A stretch of 64,000 nucleotides of DNA from Gekko japonicus (Eukaryota). Every line of letters starts with the position of its first letter. Positions within the stretch are counted from its first letter, which is position 1. Below the pieces are notes generated by a model. It was not told the DNA's origin, searched no databases, and was given only the letters and a program-made list of their open reading frames with translations. Both the position numbers and the translations under genes were made by a program. The stretch is from positions 679,408 through 743,407 of the forward strand of contig NW_015163100.1 in NCBI RefSeq assembly GCF_001447785.1, in the 5' to 3' direction. Shown piece by piece: positions 40,627 through 54,100 of the stretch.

Positions 40627-41649
40627 GCCTGTTCGATGGCACGTGAGACGGAGAGGAGTGGCGCGGCTTGCCTGTGCGGGGCAAAGAGCCGGAGCTTTTC
40701 ATGGGTGGAAGAGGAACCTGGAGAGGAAGAGAACCCTTCCCTTCTCTCTCACGGGCTCCTCAAATGTCTCAGGGTTTCTAGGAACAGACAGGAGGATGAT
40801 CTCACTGGATGCCAGCCAGTATTCTCTTGCTGGGTGCCTCTGGACACCGACCAGCAGGGCGTGATGGCACCGGCCTGCCCCTCGCTGCTCACCCCAGCAC
40901 TGATGGATCCAACCTCTACACACATAATCACGCTTCACCATGAGCCATTCCAGCTGGCCGCTAGCAAGTATTATAAGGACAGGCTATTCTGTATGTTACT
41001 TTGCACAGCTAGAGGCTCTCTTGGATGCATCCAGAGCTCTGCCTCAGAGCCCAGGCCAGCCGGGGGCCATGCACCATGCAGAGCAGTATCGGGCAGCCAG
41101 GTGAGACGATGCAGACAGCCACTGATCAACCCATCCCCCACAAATATGTCTAACCCTATTAAAGCCTATCACCAGACCTGCTGGCAATAGATACCAGAAT
41201 TTGATTTGTATGAAACCACCTCCTTGTGTCTGTGCTCAGTGTACTGTCCTTCAGCTTTGTGGGTGACCCCACATCCAAGTATTACGGGAGAAGAAAAGTT
41301 CCTTTTTGTTGACTCTTCCACAACCTTCAAACATATAGGTTTTTAAAAAAACAAAAACCCACGTCTTCTCTTAGTAATCGGTTCCCCCCCCCCCCAACTG
41401 AAACCCACCGACTCTTCAGCCTTTTAATTAGGGAACATCCTTTTTTCTTGGGCTGCTTTTCCAGTTCTATGAAGCAATTATACATAGTATTCCAAATATG
41501 GCAGCACCATAGATGCATCTATAAAAAGGGTGCTATTCTGCTGGCTGTTATAGCAAAGACTTTGGCTTTTTCATTCCCATTAAAATTTTCATTGAGCTTC
41601 CCACTACAGCCTCAGATTTCCTCTCCCTTTCGGTCTCCACTAGTTCAGA

Positions 41650-42183
41650 GAACAAATGTAAAGGAAACAGTTGTGAGAGTCTGACCCACAGATCAAGCAG
41701 TCAACAAGACTTGCAGAGAAAATGTTTCTGTATATTATGATCAACAAGCACTACAACACAATAAACAAATTCCTTCAAATCATAAGCAAACCCTAGTGTG
41801 AAAATGCATCATCAATGTCGTCTCCGGCTTCTATAACGACGTTTCAGTAGTAGAAAAGCTCTCTTGCTCATAAAGTGCTTTACAAAAAATCAGGCAAGAT
41901 AATACATTTAGATGGGATGGTGATCTCAGTAAGTATTCAGGCTCATATATGCTGCTAAGCTTCTAATGGATCCTGGAGATGACGTTGATGATGTATTTTC
42001 ACACTAGGATTTTCTCATGATTTGAAGGAATTTGTTTATTGTGTTGTAGTGCTTGTTGACCATAATATACAGAAAGCATTTTCTCTGCAAGTCTTGTTGA
42101 CCGCTTGATCTGTGGGTCAGACTCTCACAACTGTTTTCTTTACATTTGTTCTGATTAGGATGTGATTGTCCACATTTGTCTTG
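41650..42183. mobile_element. Inverted-repeat (Penelope-like) insertion inside an old minus-strand CR1 fragment (~41200-42900)
   Basis: Arms ~41650-41825 and ~41975-42152; exact 15-bp TSD ctccactagttcaga at 41635 and 42184. Confidence 0.8.
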
Positions 42184-45100
42184 CTCCACTAGTTCAGAAC
42201 CTGTCAGTGTATATTTGAAGTTAAGGGCTTTTTGCCCCAATGTGCATCACTTCACGCTGGCTTACACGGCCCCTCATTTGCCATGATGCCACTCATAAAC
42301 CCAGCAGGGAGAGATCCTTTTGGAGTGCTTAAAGATGTTTTGGTTTTCACTATACTGAATAATTTGATGTCACCTGCAAACCTGGCCACTGCACTGCTTT
42401 CCCCAAACACCAGACCCTTCAAGAAGCACTAAAGAGCACGGTCCCACTGTCCTTGCATTTACATCCTCCTCACCTCTGCTTCCTGTTGTAACAAGTTATT
42501 AATGACAGAACTCATCTTGTTATTCCATAATTGCTGAATTTATTAATGGGCCTTTGGTGAGGGGCCTTTGTCAAGTGATTTTTGAAAGCCCAAATAAATG
42601 CCTACCACCATCTCACTCTTATCCATACACTTGTTAATCTTCTCAACAAGCTCAGAATGTGGATGAGGCAGGGCTTTCCTTTGCAGAAGCCATGTTGATT
42701 CTTCCACAGCAAGGCTTGTCCTTCTGTATGCTTACCAGTTTCACTTTTTACCACTTTGCCCAGAACTTTAGGGGAAATGGCCTGTAATCCCCCTGGATCT
42801 CTTTGTTAAGGGCATGTTACCTCTGGTGAGCTGTTTGACAAGTTGCACGTGACTATAAGAGCTCAACAAGTTCACATTTGACTTCCTTAAGAACACTAGG
42901 GAAGGGGAGTGTACCATTCTCACTCGCTGACTTAATTCATCTGTCACTTGGCCGGAGCTTGGTGTAGTGGTTAAGAGCGGCAGACTCTAAGCTGGAGAAC
43001 CGGGTTTGATTCCTCACTCCTCCACATGAAGCCAGCTGGGTAACCTTGGGCCAGTCAGTTCTCTCAGAGCTCGCTCAGCCCCACCTCCCTCACAGGGTGT
43101 CTATTCTGGGGAGAGGAAGGGAAGGTGATTGTAAGCCGCTCTGACACCTTCAGGTAGTGAAGGGTGGGGTACAAAAACCAGCTCTTACTGACTTACAACT
43201 CTTCTGTCCCCCTGCATTTCACTCAGTTCTTCAGTCACCAACTAACAAAGCAGCAGCTCCGGCCTGGACATCCCCCAGACACCTTTGGCAGTGCTCCTCC
43301 TACAGAGGTTTTATTGATTTCACTAGATATTGCCCACACAGCACTTTTTAGCAGCTCTTTGCAGATATGGGTTAGAAACCTGGGAGTAAATTTCTGACAG
43401 CTGAATTCTGCCCCCATATGCAAACTCCCCCCCACCCCCAGGTGAGCGCTCTTTCCGGCTCCAGTGGAATCATGGCACCAAGACACACGCTTGCCAGGCA
43501 CAGTCAAACTTTACATTTTGGAAACAACTTGGCAGTACCGAGTGCTGACAAAAACAGTCCCGAGTGTTGGCAAACAAGCCTGGCACAGAGAACGAAGGCG
43601 AGTCGGCGAGAGGCACAGGGGCCCTGGCCACAGCCTGCCTCACGGCAAGTTATTTCACCTTCCCTTTTGGAGGGACAGAGTTGAGGCAGGACAAAGCAGA
43701 GGACTGCCCCCGGCATCGGGAGGAGCTGCCAGGACTCCCCCGTGGCTGTCAAAGCACTGTGGTTTTTCATGGCACTCCGCCCAGCAGGCTCCTCGCAACC
43801 CTACTGCAGACCACCTCCCCCCCCCACCGCAGCTCTCTCTGCAACTCCCCCCCCCCGATAATTTTGCAGGAAAGGCAGCGGCGTCGCAATCAAGACGTCT
43901 GCTGCTCCCTGCGAGTGCTGTGAATGGAGGGGGGTGTGGGAGAAAGTTGCTGCACAGCTGGAGAAACAGATTCCGGCTGCCAAGGAGGCAGTCCTATAAA
44001 TAGCTGAAGAAACAGCCTCCCTCGACGGCGTCTTCCTCCCACCCAGTCATTTCGTTTCTGCCTACAAAGGAAGGGATCTGGAGCTCTGCATCTGCCGCAG
44101 GCCCTGCTTGGGCGGGGAGGTGCTGGGGGCCACCCCAGCTGGAGCAGCCCTCTCGCCCCACGACGCCACTGCCCTGCCCAAATCAAGGGGTTGGCACGCC
44201 CAGCCTCAGTGAAGCCACTACACCGCCTGCTCTGTATCTTAGCAGCCAATTCAAGTGGTGAAAAGCCACCCCCTTGAAACCCATCTCTTTGCCTGCCTGC
44301 TCCCAATGCATTTCCTGGGCAACAGGAACCGGGGGGGGGGGGGGGGTTTCGCCAGCCGGGGATCACACCGGCAGCGTGGCAGGGAGAGCTGGTGCCGGAT
44401 TCTTGTGCCTCCCGTGTATGACTGTGGTGGGCGAGGCTCCCTGGCTTCCCCTGTTATCTTCTGGCCAATGCAGCAAATCGCTTCTTTACCCATCTGGCTT
44501 TTCTGTCCAGTTACACAACTCTCGAAAGCTCTGGTGGGGGCAAGCACTGAGTTATCTGTCTGGGCTTTTTGAAATGAGAACTTCAGCCCAGGATGAAAGT
44601 CCTTTTGCTGAAATGTCCCACTGGCCCCCACAAGGGGGGGGGATGGACATCTAGAGAACCTGCCAGTTTCTATTTAGCGTATTTCACACTGCACCTTCTG
44701 TCAGACACGGAGTTCTTCCACAATAAAAGGAGGCTGAGGGCCTCCTTTGAGGGTGATGTCCTCGGACTAGAACCAACGTGAAGACCCGTGGCCCCCTTCA
44801 CCCCTAACCAAAGGGGGGGCCCCTGCTAATCTTGTGGCCTCTTCAACCATTCCAGGTAATGCAAGCTGAGCTGCCAGAAACTGCCTACCCTTTGATGCAT
44901 TAGGACTGCTGGGCTAGTCAGACACCCACAAGAGACCCCTCTTGCAAAACTTTTGCAGTCTGAAAGTGCGCAAGATGGACTTTTGCAGCAGGGCCCCCCC
45001 CCAACTCCTGTTTGTTGAGGAGCAGGTGGAGCTAATCAGGCTGGCGGGGTCCGGAGCAGCTTGCCCAGCGAGGCCTCTGCCTGGCCTTTTGCCTCTGCTG

Positions 45101-45400
45101 GGTTTTCAGCGTGAAGCACCAGGTTTTGGCACACATGAGAGAAAAAAGGAAACCCACCCAGAGAAGTGTGCACCTGTCCTCCCCCCACACATTTTCACAC
45201 TGAGAGTTGGGAGAAGTCCTCTCTGGGCGGAGGGTAAAGAGAGCCAAGCAGAAAGGATGAAGAGCGAGTTTAGTGGGTGCAGCCCCAGGTGGGCCGACCA
45301 GGCAAGCGAACCCCCAGAGGAGCAGCTGTGCCCCCTCCCCCCCGTTGCCGGTCGCAGTCCCAACAGGCCCCCGGCTCCACTGCCAGGCCCCGCCCCCCTC

Positions 45401-46829
45401 CTACAACAGCTTGTCCACCTCCGTCCGCTGCAGCCAGAGGGGCTCCTGCTTCTCACTCTGCAGCTCTTCGACGTGGTGGGCGCTGCGGCAGTGCTGGGCC
45501 ATTTCGCAGCCGCTGCTGTGCAGCAACCGGCAGCTGCCGCAGCAGGACGAGGGGAGCACCCCTGGGAGCAGGCACGAGTGCAGATTGTAGCGGGGGAGCT
45601 CTGGGCCTGCCACCCCCGAGCCCAGCCCCTGCGCTCGCCGCAGGACCACGGGGCTCAGCTGGGGACTCCTCGGCTGCCTCGCAGAAGGAGAAGCTGGGCT
45701 GCTGGCGCCGTGCGGCTGAGGGCTGGGGCTGCTGTAGTGGGGGCTGGGGGACAGGAACCGGCTTCCCGGCTGCGCGGGGTAGTCCGTGTCACTCGACCTG
45801 CTGAGCTCCCGCCTCAAGGAGATGAAGGAGAAGGAGGTCTCCAGATCAGGCCCCTCGGGGGCCATGAGCCCATTCCCGTAGGGCTGCTCTGGGCCAGGCC
45901 CCCACAGCTTGCTTCGGCCCTCCGGCAGGCCCTGGGGGCTCCTCACAAGAAGTTCCTTGCTCCTCAGCCTGGGGCTGCTGCTGCGCTCGTAGGGGGCAGG
46001 TGGATGCTGAGGCGGGACCCTGGGTCCTGGAGGCTCACAATAGGGGTTCAGTGCCTCGGGGCTCTCCCTGTAGAGGTCGACCCCGTCGGCTGGCTCCCCG
46101 CAGAAGTCTTTGTCCCTGGGCCAGCAAGCCAGGCTCCGCAGCTTGGCCACACAGCCCTCCAGGCCGCCCCTGGCCTCCTTCCGGGCCTGCAGCAGCTCTT
46201 CAGAGGAGATGCCGCAAGGCTCCACCTCCTCCACGACCTTGGCCAGGATCTCGCACTCCACCCGGGCGGCAAAGAAGCTGCCAGCGACACGGAGTAGGCC
46301 GCCCCCCGGTGGCAGCTGAGAAATCACCAGGTGGAGGTTGTCTCTCTGGACGTAGCCCATCCGGTGGAAACTCCTGGCAATGTCGGCCTCGGAGAGCACC
46401 CCTTGGAGGACGTGCACGTAGACGCCTGAAAAGGTCTGCAAAGAGAAACACCCGTCAGTCCCCTGGCCCGCTCTTACGTCTCCCCTCCTTCCAGCACCCA
46501 ACTACCCCAGCAATGCTCACTTTTATGGTGCTAAATTCTTTCCGCCAGGGGAAGAAGTAAAGATGGACAGCGGCCAGCTCCAGCACCTCAAAGGCTCTGC
46601 AGAGGTTCCGGAGGGCCACGCCCAGGTCCAGCTGTCCCCGCAGGGCCCCCGCAATCATGGCAAAGGTGTCTTCCCCTTGCAAGGCACCGTGCAGCTCTGG
46701 GTCCTCCAGCAGCTGACGCCACATCATCTGTTTCAGGGATGAGTCTGCACACACTCCTGTGTGGCCCCTGCGGAAGTCCCTCTCCAAGCAGCGGCGGTAT
46801 TCCTCCTGCAGCACAGTGCCGGGATTCAT
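45401..46829 (-). CDS. SPATA2L: Spermatogenesis-associated 2-like; exons 46829-46521 and 46435-45401 (~447 aa)
   Basis: PUB-like N-terminus (EEYRRCLERDFRRG...AFEVLELAAVHLYFFPWRKEFSTIK|TFSGVYVHVLQG) and Cys/His C-terminal region (HSCL...CCGSCRLLHSSGC...CRSAH). Phase-0 intron aaa|gtgagc...ctgcag|acc. Confidence 0.94.
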
Positions 46830-47139
46830 CCTGCAGCAGAACAAAGGCCAAGCCCTGAGACCCTTCCTGCTCAAAATCTCAGCGACATCCGCGTTCCCAC
46901 AGCCGATCAAGCCGGCACGCGGAGGTGGCCCTTCCCAGATATGAAAGGGACCAGAGCATCACTTACACACAGCGGCAAGAGCACGCTGTGACAAAGTAGT
47001 GCCAATTCAGTCCTAAAAGCTGCAGACCTAAACGACACCCCGAAAACCAACAGGACACACAGAGGTGATCCGCCTGCAGATCTGTTGCTACTTTTTGTGC
47101 ACTACGCTCAGCACACTGAGTTTTTAAAAATTAATTTAA

Positions 47140-47420
47140 AAGATTTATTAGTCACCTTTCTTCCATGCAGAGCTCAAAGCAACTTACAGTATAGATAAAA
47201 TACATAAAAAGCAAAGTTGAAAATAACAATCCACAACCACTAGTAAACTTAACCAAATGCAATCTTAAATAAAACCATCCTCAGCGGCCTCCTGAAGATC
47301 AACGGTGAAGGGGCCAGGCGCACCTCCCTGGGGAGGCTGTTCGATGATCGTGGTGCTGCCACTGAGAAGACCCTCTCTCGTGTGCCCCCCCAGATGAGCT
47401 TCTCTGTTTGCTGGGACAGG
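47140..47420 (-). mobile_element. Degenerate L2 LINE 3' end
   Basis: TRERVFSVAAPRSSNSLPREVRLAPS..FRR...LFKIAF. Confidence 0.65.
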
Positions 47421-49199
47421 CAGGAGGGCCTCTCCTTGCTGGGCAGGAACAACACAGGGGAGAAGATGGTTCTCTGGCCGGCACACGGCTACGTGGTGGC
47501 ATGGGCAGACGACAGCCCAAGCAGCGAGCCCCAGGGAGACCTTGCTGCACACACAAGCGCAGTTCCTTGAGCACTCTGCAGGCCACAAGAATCTAACGAG
47601 TCTCTTTCATTTCTTAAAGAAAGGCCAGGGTCATTCAGTTTCCCACAACAGACCGGGACTGTCAAGTTCTGCACCTGTGAACTCCTACAGGGGGGCACCT
47701 TCCCAGTCACCATTTCCTTGTTCATCCAAAGGCCCACAGTTCCCCAGCTGTCCTCCCGTGAATTTCCCCAAGTGATGGTTTCTTCCTCTAAAGCTTCCAA
47801 GGCAACGGCAGCCCAGGCTCTTACCATCTGGTCAGTCCAGAGCCATCCGTCACTCCACTGACCTGCACGCTGGTGCCTCGACTCGCTCGCTTCCCTCTTC
47901 ATTTTCTGCACCCCTTTCCCTGTGTGTCCAATACTGGGGATGTTATTGTGAGGTGTAAACGGCTTTGAAATGTAGCAGGCAAAACGGTGGAATGCAAGTG
48001 TACCAAATAGGTAAGGAATCAGCAGCCAGGTTGCTTGAGGCAGGGACAGTGCCCCCCTCTAAGCTGTGGAGTCTTGTGAGCAAAAATTCTACTTTATGAG
48101 CTACTGGCATTAAAGTTGTGAGCGAGCGATTCGGCTGCTGCATAAATTAGTTTGCTCTGGAGCCCCATCCTTCCTGAGCGAAGACAAAAACGTGTGAGCC
48201 GGAAGCTGAAAAACTGTAAGCTAGTTCACACTCACTCAGCTTAGAGGGAACACTGGCAGGGAGTGAGCTGGAGTCCCACCTTTCGGCCTCATCGGAGACC
48301 CACCGCGGTATACTGGTTAAAGACCTGGGAGAGCCAGGTTTGAACCTCCCCACTCTGACACGGAGGCTCGCTGGGTGGCCTTGGACCTCTCACACGCTTG
48401 GCTTCCCGCACCTCACAGGACTGTTGTGAAGATAAACTGGAGGAGAGAGGAATGCTGTGGGCCGCTTTGGGTCCCCCACTGAGGAGAAAAGCGGGCTTAT
48501 GTTCATTAAATGTACTTCATATATAATGAATGAATACTAGTTAATACAGGAAATGTGTTATAATACAACTAAGTGTGTTAAAGACACAGAAGAGTAATTT
48601 TCTTTGGTGAGCCCTATTTTTCCTATTGCAATTACACCAAAGCTTGTCAGAACTACGGCTTGCCCAAGGTCATCCAGCAGCTGCGAGTGGAGGCGTGGGA
48701 AATCAAACCCGGTTCTCCCAGATCAGAGTCCGTGCACTTCACCACGACACCAGACTGGCTCTCAAAAGTGTCCCGGGGATCCGGCCACGGCAAGCAGGGG
48801 AAAGGGGTGGGGGCTCGCTCCACAGACGACGCCTCTCTTCCTCTTAACGCCCTGCACCCAAGGGTGCTGCTCCAAGCCTCCCCCAAGACAGCCCACCCGC
48901 AAGGGAGGAAGGCAACCTGGCAGCCCGGTACAGCTGGCACACCTGGGCAAAGGGGGGGGGGCGTTCCTATCTGACCCCCACGAGGTCTTCCTCGAAGCCG
49001 CCCGCCCACCACGGCTTGGGGGGTCTGGATCAGGCAAAAGTGCCACGAAGCCAGCCAGCCCGGCTCTCCCTGCTCTCTTCCACGGGCTGCCAAGCAAGGA
49101 GCCCCTGGAAAGCAAAGGGGGGGGGGCACCGGCGGGGTTTTTTCCCTCCTCTGCCCCCCCACCCCCTCTCTTTACGGGGAGGGGATATTTTTAAAGGCT

Positions 49200-50050
49200 T
49201 CGTCCCGACAAGCCTTGGAAGGTGGCCATGGAATGCCTGGGACGCGCAGGCAGACGATGCCGCGGGTGGCACCACCGGGGCGGCCAGGCTCTCGGGGCGC
49301 CCACGGAACCCCCTGCCACAGGAACCGTCGCCCTTGGCAACCGAGGAGACGGCGGGGACGCACCTGGGGCACGTGACCGGCCGCTGACGTCACACTCGCT
49401 TTCGGGGGGGGCGCCCGCCTCGCCGGAGCCCGAACGCGACCCGGCCGCTCCGCCGCCAGCGCTCCCTCGTCTGCTCTTCGCGTCTCCTCCGCTCGCCGCC
49501 GTCACTTCCGGCTCGCCTTGGCCCCGCCCCGGAGCGCCTGCGTCACGCGGCCGGCCGTTAACCCCTGCCGCGCCTGCCTGGCTTCCTGGAAGCGCGCGAC
49601 GGAGCATGCGTGGCTCGGACCCGCGTGCGGGGGAAGTCCGCGTGCCCACGTGCAGGCGGCGGGGGCGCGTTCGAGGCTCTTCCACCCGGCTGGGCAAGGG
49701 GGCTTGGGCAGAGGGGGAGGGAGAGACCGGTCCCTGTGCAGCAGCAGCAGCAGGCCGGGCCCCAGGGCAGGGGGCGCGGCGCACGCGGAGGCCGAGGGTC
49801 CCCGGCATGCAGCTGGGCGCAGACTCCGGGGGGGNNNNNNNNNNNNNNNNNNNNNNNNNNNNNNNNNNNNNNNNNNNNNNNNNNNNNNNNNNNNNNNNNN
49901 NNNNNNNNNNNNNNNNNNNNNNNNNNNNNNNNNNNNNNNNNNNNNNNNNNNNCGGGAGAGAGCGCGAGGCCTCTGCTGTTGCCGCCTTGCGGAAAGGGCT
50001 GCGTCTCGTGGCCTTGCCTCGCGGGCCTCCCTAGCAATGTCTGCTGCAGC
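49200..50050. promoter_or_regulatory. CpG island, probable bidirectional promoter of SPATA2L and the SDR-like gene
   Basis: Very CpG-dense; CACGTGAC near 49370, CRE TGACGTCA 49385-49392, ETS CACTTCCGG near 49503, GC box near 49520. Both neighbours have an acceptor directly before their ATG (cag|gATG), implying non-coding first exons here. Confidence 0.75.
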
Positions 50051-50090
50051 TAAGGCTGAAGGAGCCGTCTGCCCGGCGGGTGGAACCTTC

Positions 50091-50524
50091 TTTGGTGATA
50101 GTGAGATATTGAAAAAATGGTATTTAGCAGAGATAAGAGTAAAATAATTCAGACTGAGACTCCATGTGTGATTAAAATATAACGTTTTTACTAAATTCTA
50201 GCATGGGGAAGGGTAACTGGGATGAAAATAACAACAGAGCTAAGTTCCCTACATCCTTACACTACAAAGACAAAACTAGAAGAGGGAGAGTATGGCTGCT
50301 CTTCTTCTTCTTCAGAACACCAAACAAAGACGGGAAGAGGAGCCATAAAATGGTAATACACCTTGACACTTTAGTCCCAATCAAATTCCTGGATCAGGGA
50401 GAAAATTCCCGGGCAATCCACATCTAAAGAACATTGGTTACATGAGAAACCTGTGACTTCCTGTGAGTAACATAAACATTTAACCCCAGATATACTGAGT
50501 GTTTTCAACTTGTAATACCCAACA
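50091..50524. mobile_element. Probable solo LTR (~430 bp) in the first intron of the SDR-like gene
   Basis: Same family as 4313-4528; ends in ...aatacccaaCA; no internal ORF. Confidence 0.55.
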
Positions 50525-51122
50525 AACCTCCCTGCAGGGACCGCCCAGAGGAGCCTGCCAACCTAGCAGTTCGAAAGCAAGAAACTGCAAGTAGATAAAT
50601 AGGTACTGCTTCGGTGGGAAGGTAACAGCGTTCCGTGCACCTTGGTGTTGAGTCATGCCAGCCACATGACCACGGAAACGTCTTCGGACAGCGCTGGCTC
50701 TTCGGATGGGAAACGGAGACGAGCACCACACCCTGGAGTCAGATTCAAATGGCTTTCAAGCAAGGGAAACCTTTACTAGAATCCTGTTACGTCTCTCAAC
50801 AGGGAAGCTGCTTTGGAGCAGTTTTGATGTTGTGCAACCCGCGACAAGCCCTGCGGTCATTTCATTTCACCCAGAGAAGCAGAGCTGACAGCAGAGGAAG
50901 GAGCGGCCTGCCCCGCTGCCTTTGTGTCTGCCACTCTCTGTCCAGGGGACCCACACAGCCTCCATCTGCCCAGCAGAACTGGGGAGGGGGGGCAGTGGGT
51001 GTGCCGTGGAGGCGGAGCTCTTGGAGGCTTTCGCTGCCTGCCTGTGTGTGGGATCTGCTGCCCCACTTCTCCCACAGTGACCTTCTTCCAAACGGGGGAT
51101 TGATCTCCCTCCGTGTGCCAGG

Positions 51123-54100
51123 ATGTCAGTATCGGAGCGGGTGGCGGTGGTGCTCGGGGGAGCCGGGACAGTGGGCTCTGGGATCGTCAAGTCGCTGCTG
51201 GAGAAAGGTAAGGGCCGTTTTGTCAAAATGCTGCTCTCCAGACAGAGCCTGGGTCGGTGCGCAGTTGCCCTATATGTGTGGATGCGTGCGCAAAGGGTAT
51301 ACGAACGTGTCATTCTGTGGTGGTAGGATCCCGCAGCTGGTGGTCCAGTTCTACCAAGAGGTGCTGGAGCTCAAGGCTGCCTTGGAAGCTTTGAGCCTCT
51401 GTCCTCAGATGATATTGCGCGCGCGCGTGTGTGTGTGTGTTTTGGTATGGAGTGGCTAGCATCGGGGCACATGCCTAGAGGTACTCTGGTCTGGGGCTGG
51501 GCCCTACCTTTCTAAACCACCCCCAAAGTCAAGTCCCAGTTAAGGAGTGGCAGCAGTCAGTGAGAAGTGGGGATTAATGTGTGCCCGCGCCCCCCCCCCC
51601 CCCCCGGTCTTGATGCTCTGCCGTCTGTACAGGTTTCCAGGTTGCCGTCATCTCCCGGGATGGAAGCAGGTTGGAGAAACTGAAACATTTTTTGCCAGCG
51701 TCGCTCCAGGGCCGCTTGCACACCCTCGTTGGGGATGTGGGTAAGGGCTTGCTTGGTTGCAGCTAGGTGGGCGGTGCTGGGGAAGGCAGCTTTGTCTGTG
51801 GTGAAGAGAGCCCTCCCCCTCCCGGCTCACGAGGAAGTCTGGGGGGGGCAGGCATGGGGGGGCTGGGCACCAGCAGGGCAGTCAGCCAGCCGGTTGGCCA
51901 GCCCACCCATGCCTGCTTCCCCCTCTCCGTGTTGTGGTTTGAAGGTGGCCGCCCAAAGGGCATCGGGCAGGTAAGCATGAAATTGGAGGACACTTCCCAA
52001 TTGGGATTTCTAGGCAGTTTCATTTCAAATCCAGGAGATATTGTTAAGAAAGTTATGCCCCGTTTTTGTAAAGTACAAAGTATTAACTGGCCACTCCCCC
52101 CCATTTCAGTCGCATCCAGTGTTCCCTCTAAGCTGAGTCAGTGTGAGCTAGCTCACAGTTTTTTAGCCTCCAGCTCACACATTGTTGCCTCCGCTCAGGA
52201 AGGAGGGCTCCAGAGAGCAAACGAATTTACGCAGCAGCCGAATCGCTTGCTCACAACTTTAATGCCAGTAGCTCACAAAGTAGAATTTTTGCTCACAAGA
52301 GTCCACAGCTTGGAGGGAGCATTGGTAGTTTAGGTGTCCCAAGTACAATACCACGAAGAGAAGTGTGAATTCAAAACAGCTGTTGAACTGGGAGAAATCC
52401 TTTAATTCTCTTGAATTCAGTTCAGTCAGATGAACGGCCTCCTAAACAGAGCGAGTTTCGGGTCACGCCCTCCACTTTAGCAGGCTTCACGCCTTGCTGA
52501 ACACCAGTCTGGGGCTCCTTTGTGGAACGTGGATTCGTGGGGGGAGGAGCTTCCTTGTGACTAGAGCCCCTCTTAGCAGATGGGCTGGTGTGGGGAGTGT
52601 GTCCCCAGATCAGACGCAGGCACCCGTGGGTGTACAGGTCCAGGGTAGGGAGGGGGGAAGTTGTTGACGGAGGAAATGGGCAGGGATGCAGCCAGTCCCA
52701 TTTCTGCCCAAATCTCTGCCCTTCCTCCTCCTCTGTGGCTGTTCCCGGTGATGGAGAGGAATGCTTCCCCTTGCACCCCCTCCAGGTTCCGAAGAGGGAG
52801 CCGAAGCAGCCCGGGAGGCCGTGCTGAAGACCCTGGGGAAGGTGACAGATGTGGTGTCCTGCCTGGGCTTCAGCTGGTGGCAAGAGGGGCCCCCTCACAC
52901 CCAGTCACGGGAGGAGCTGCAGCGGGTGAGTGGGGGGGGGCACGGAAGGGGAGCTGCTGCTGGTGCTGCTGCTGGGGGGGGGGACGGCAGTGGTTAGGGC
53001 TGAGCATCGGATCTCTCTCTGTGTTGCATTTTGTCCTGCAAAGCTGGGGGAGGGAAAGGGGCTGTCCGTTTGCAGGGCTGACATTTCCTCTCGTGATTTT
53101 GCTGGAGAAGCGGTCTGTCCTTTGCTTCAGCCTGGAGAATCATCACTCCCCATGCCTTGCTTGCAGGTCTTGGACACGCTGCTTCTCAGCACCTTCACTT
53201 CCTGGAAGGCTTTCTTCCCCTTGGTCCGGGACGACCCCAGTGGCTCCTACACCCTCATCACAGGTGAGAGGGACTCTCTTGCCCAGTAGTGGAGGAGGCT
53301 TGCAGCCGCTCGTGTGTGCCACTTTCCACTGGAGGCAGGAGGCACTCATTGCTTTCTACGTGCAGGAACGGAACTGGGGTGTTCAGTCACTGCAGGCCTG
53401 GGCACATGAGCAGAGAAGTGCCCCTTCCTCTAAAGTGACAAAGGGGAGGGGATACGTCTCCCACTAGGCTGTCACGACACACCCTTTCCAAAGACTAACA
53501 GTGGGGCATCTCCCTTCCAGGGGGGGCCGGCGAGCGTCTCCTGCTGCCAGGCACTGGTTTCCTGACCCTGGGGGCAGCAGGGGCACTGGCCTTCTGCCGG
53601 GTGCTGCGTGAGGAGTACCCAGAGATTCCCTGCAAACTGAACGAGGTCAGTGCTGGGCCTTGAGGCCCTGGAGGGTTGGGCAGGTTTCCCTCCCCGTTCT
53701 TTTGAGTATTTGCAGGATGCTTCAGGTGTCTTTGTCCCTCTAAAAAGGCCAAAGGGCCGCTGCTCCCAGGGAGCTCAAGGCGTGCCAAACTTGCTTTCTT
53801 GGTGCTCTTAAATTCTCCTCCCTCCACACACACCCTAACTGTGCATTCACATGAAGCTGCCTTATACTGAATCGAGAACCTGGATCCATTAAGGTCAGTC
53901 TTGTCTACTCAGGCTGGCAGCCGCTCTCCCGGGTCTCAGGCAGAGAAAGGTCTTTCACATCACCCACTGCCTGGTCCTTTTTAACTTCGGGGCTCTGCCG
54001 GAGATTGAACCAGGGACTCTTCCACTGAGCTACAGCTGCTCCCAATGAGGACAGTTTGCTGGGGGGGGGGGGGCAAACACCATTCCAGGCCCCCAGCCGG

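Noticed and set aside
44942-46297. 451-aa ORF on the + strand
   Set aside because: Antisense shadow of the GC-rich SPATA2L last exon; non-ATG start and no recognisable domain.
49191-50147. Several 150-270 aa ORFs in the CpG island
   Set aside because: Low stop frequency in GC-rich DNA, low-complexity products, and several span an N gap.
50635-51459. 274-aa ORF overlapping the SDR-like gene start
   Set aside because: Begins in a Sauria SINE, is in a different frame from the Rossmann motif and has no domain features.
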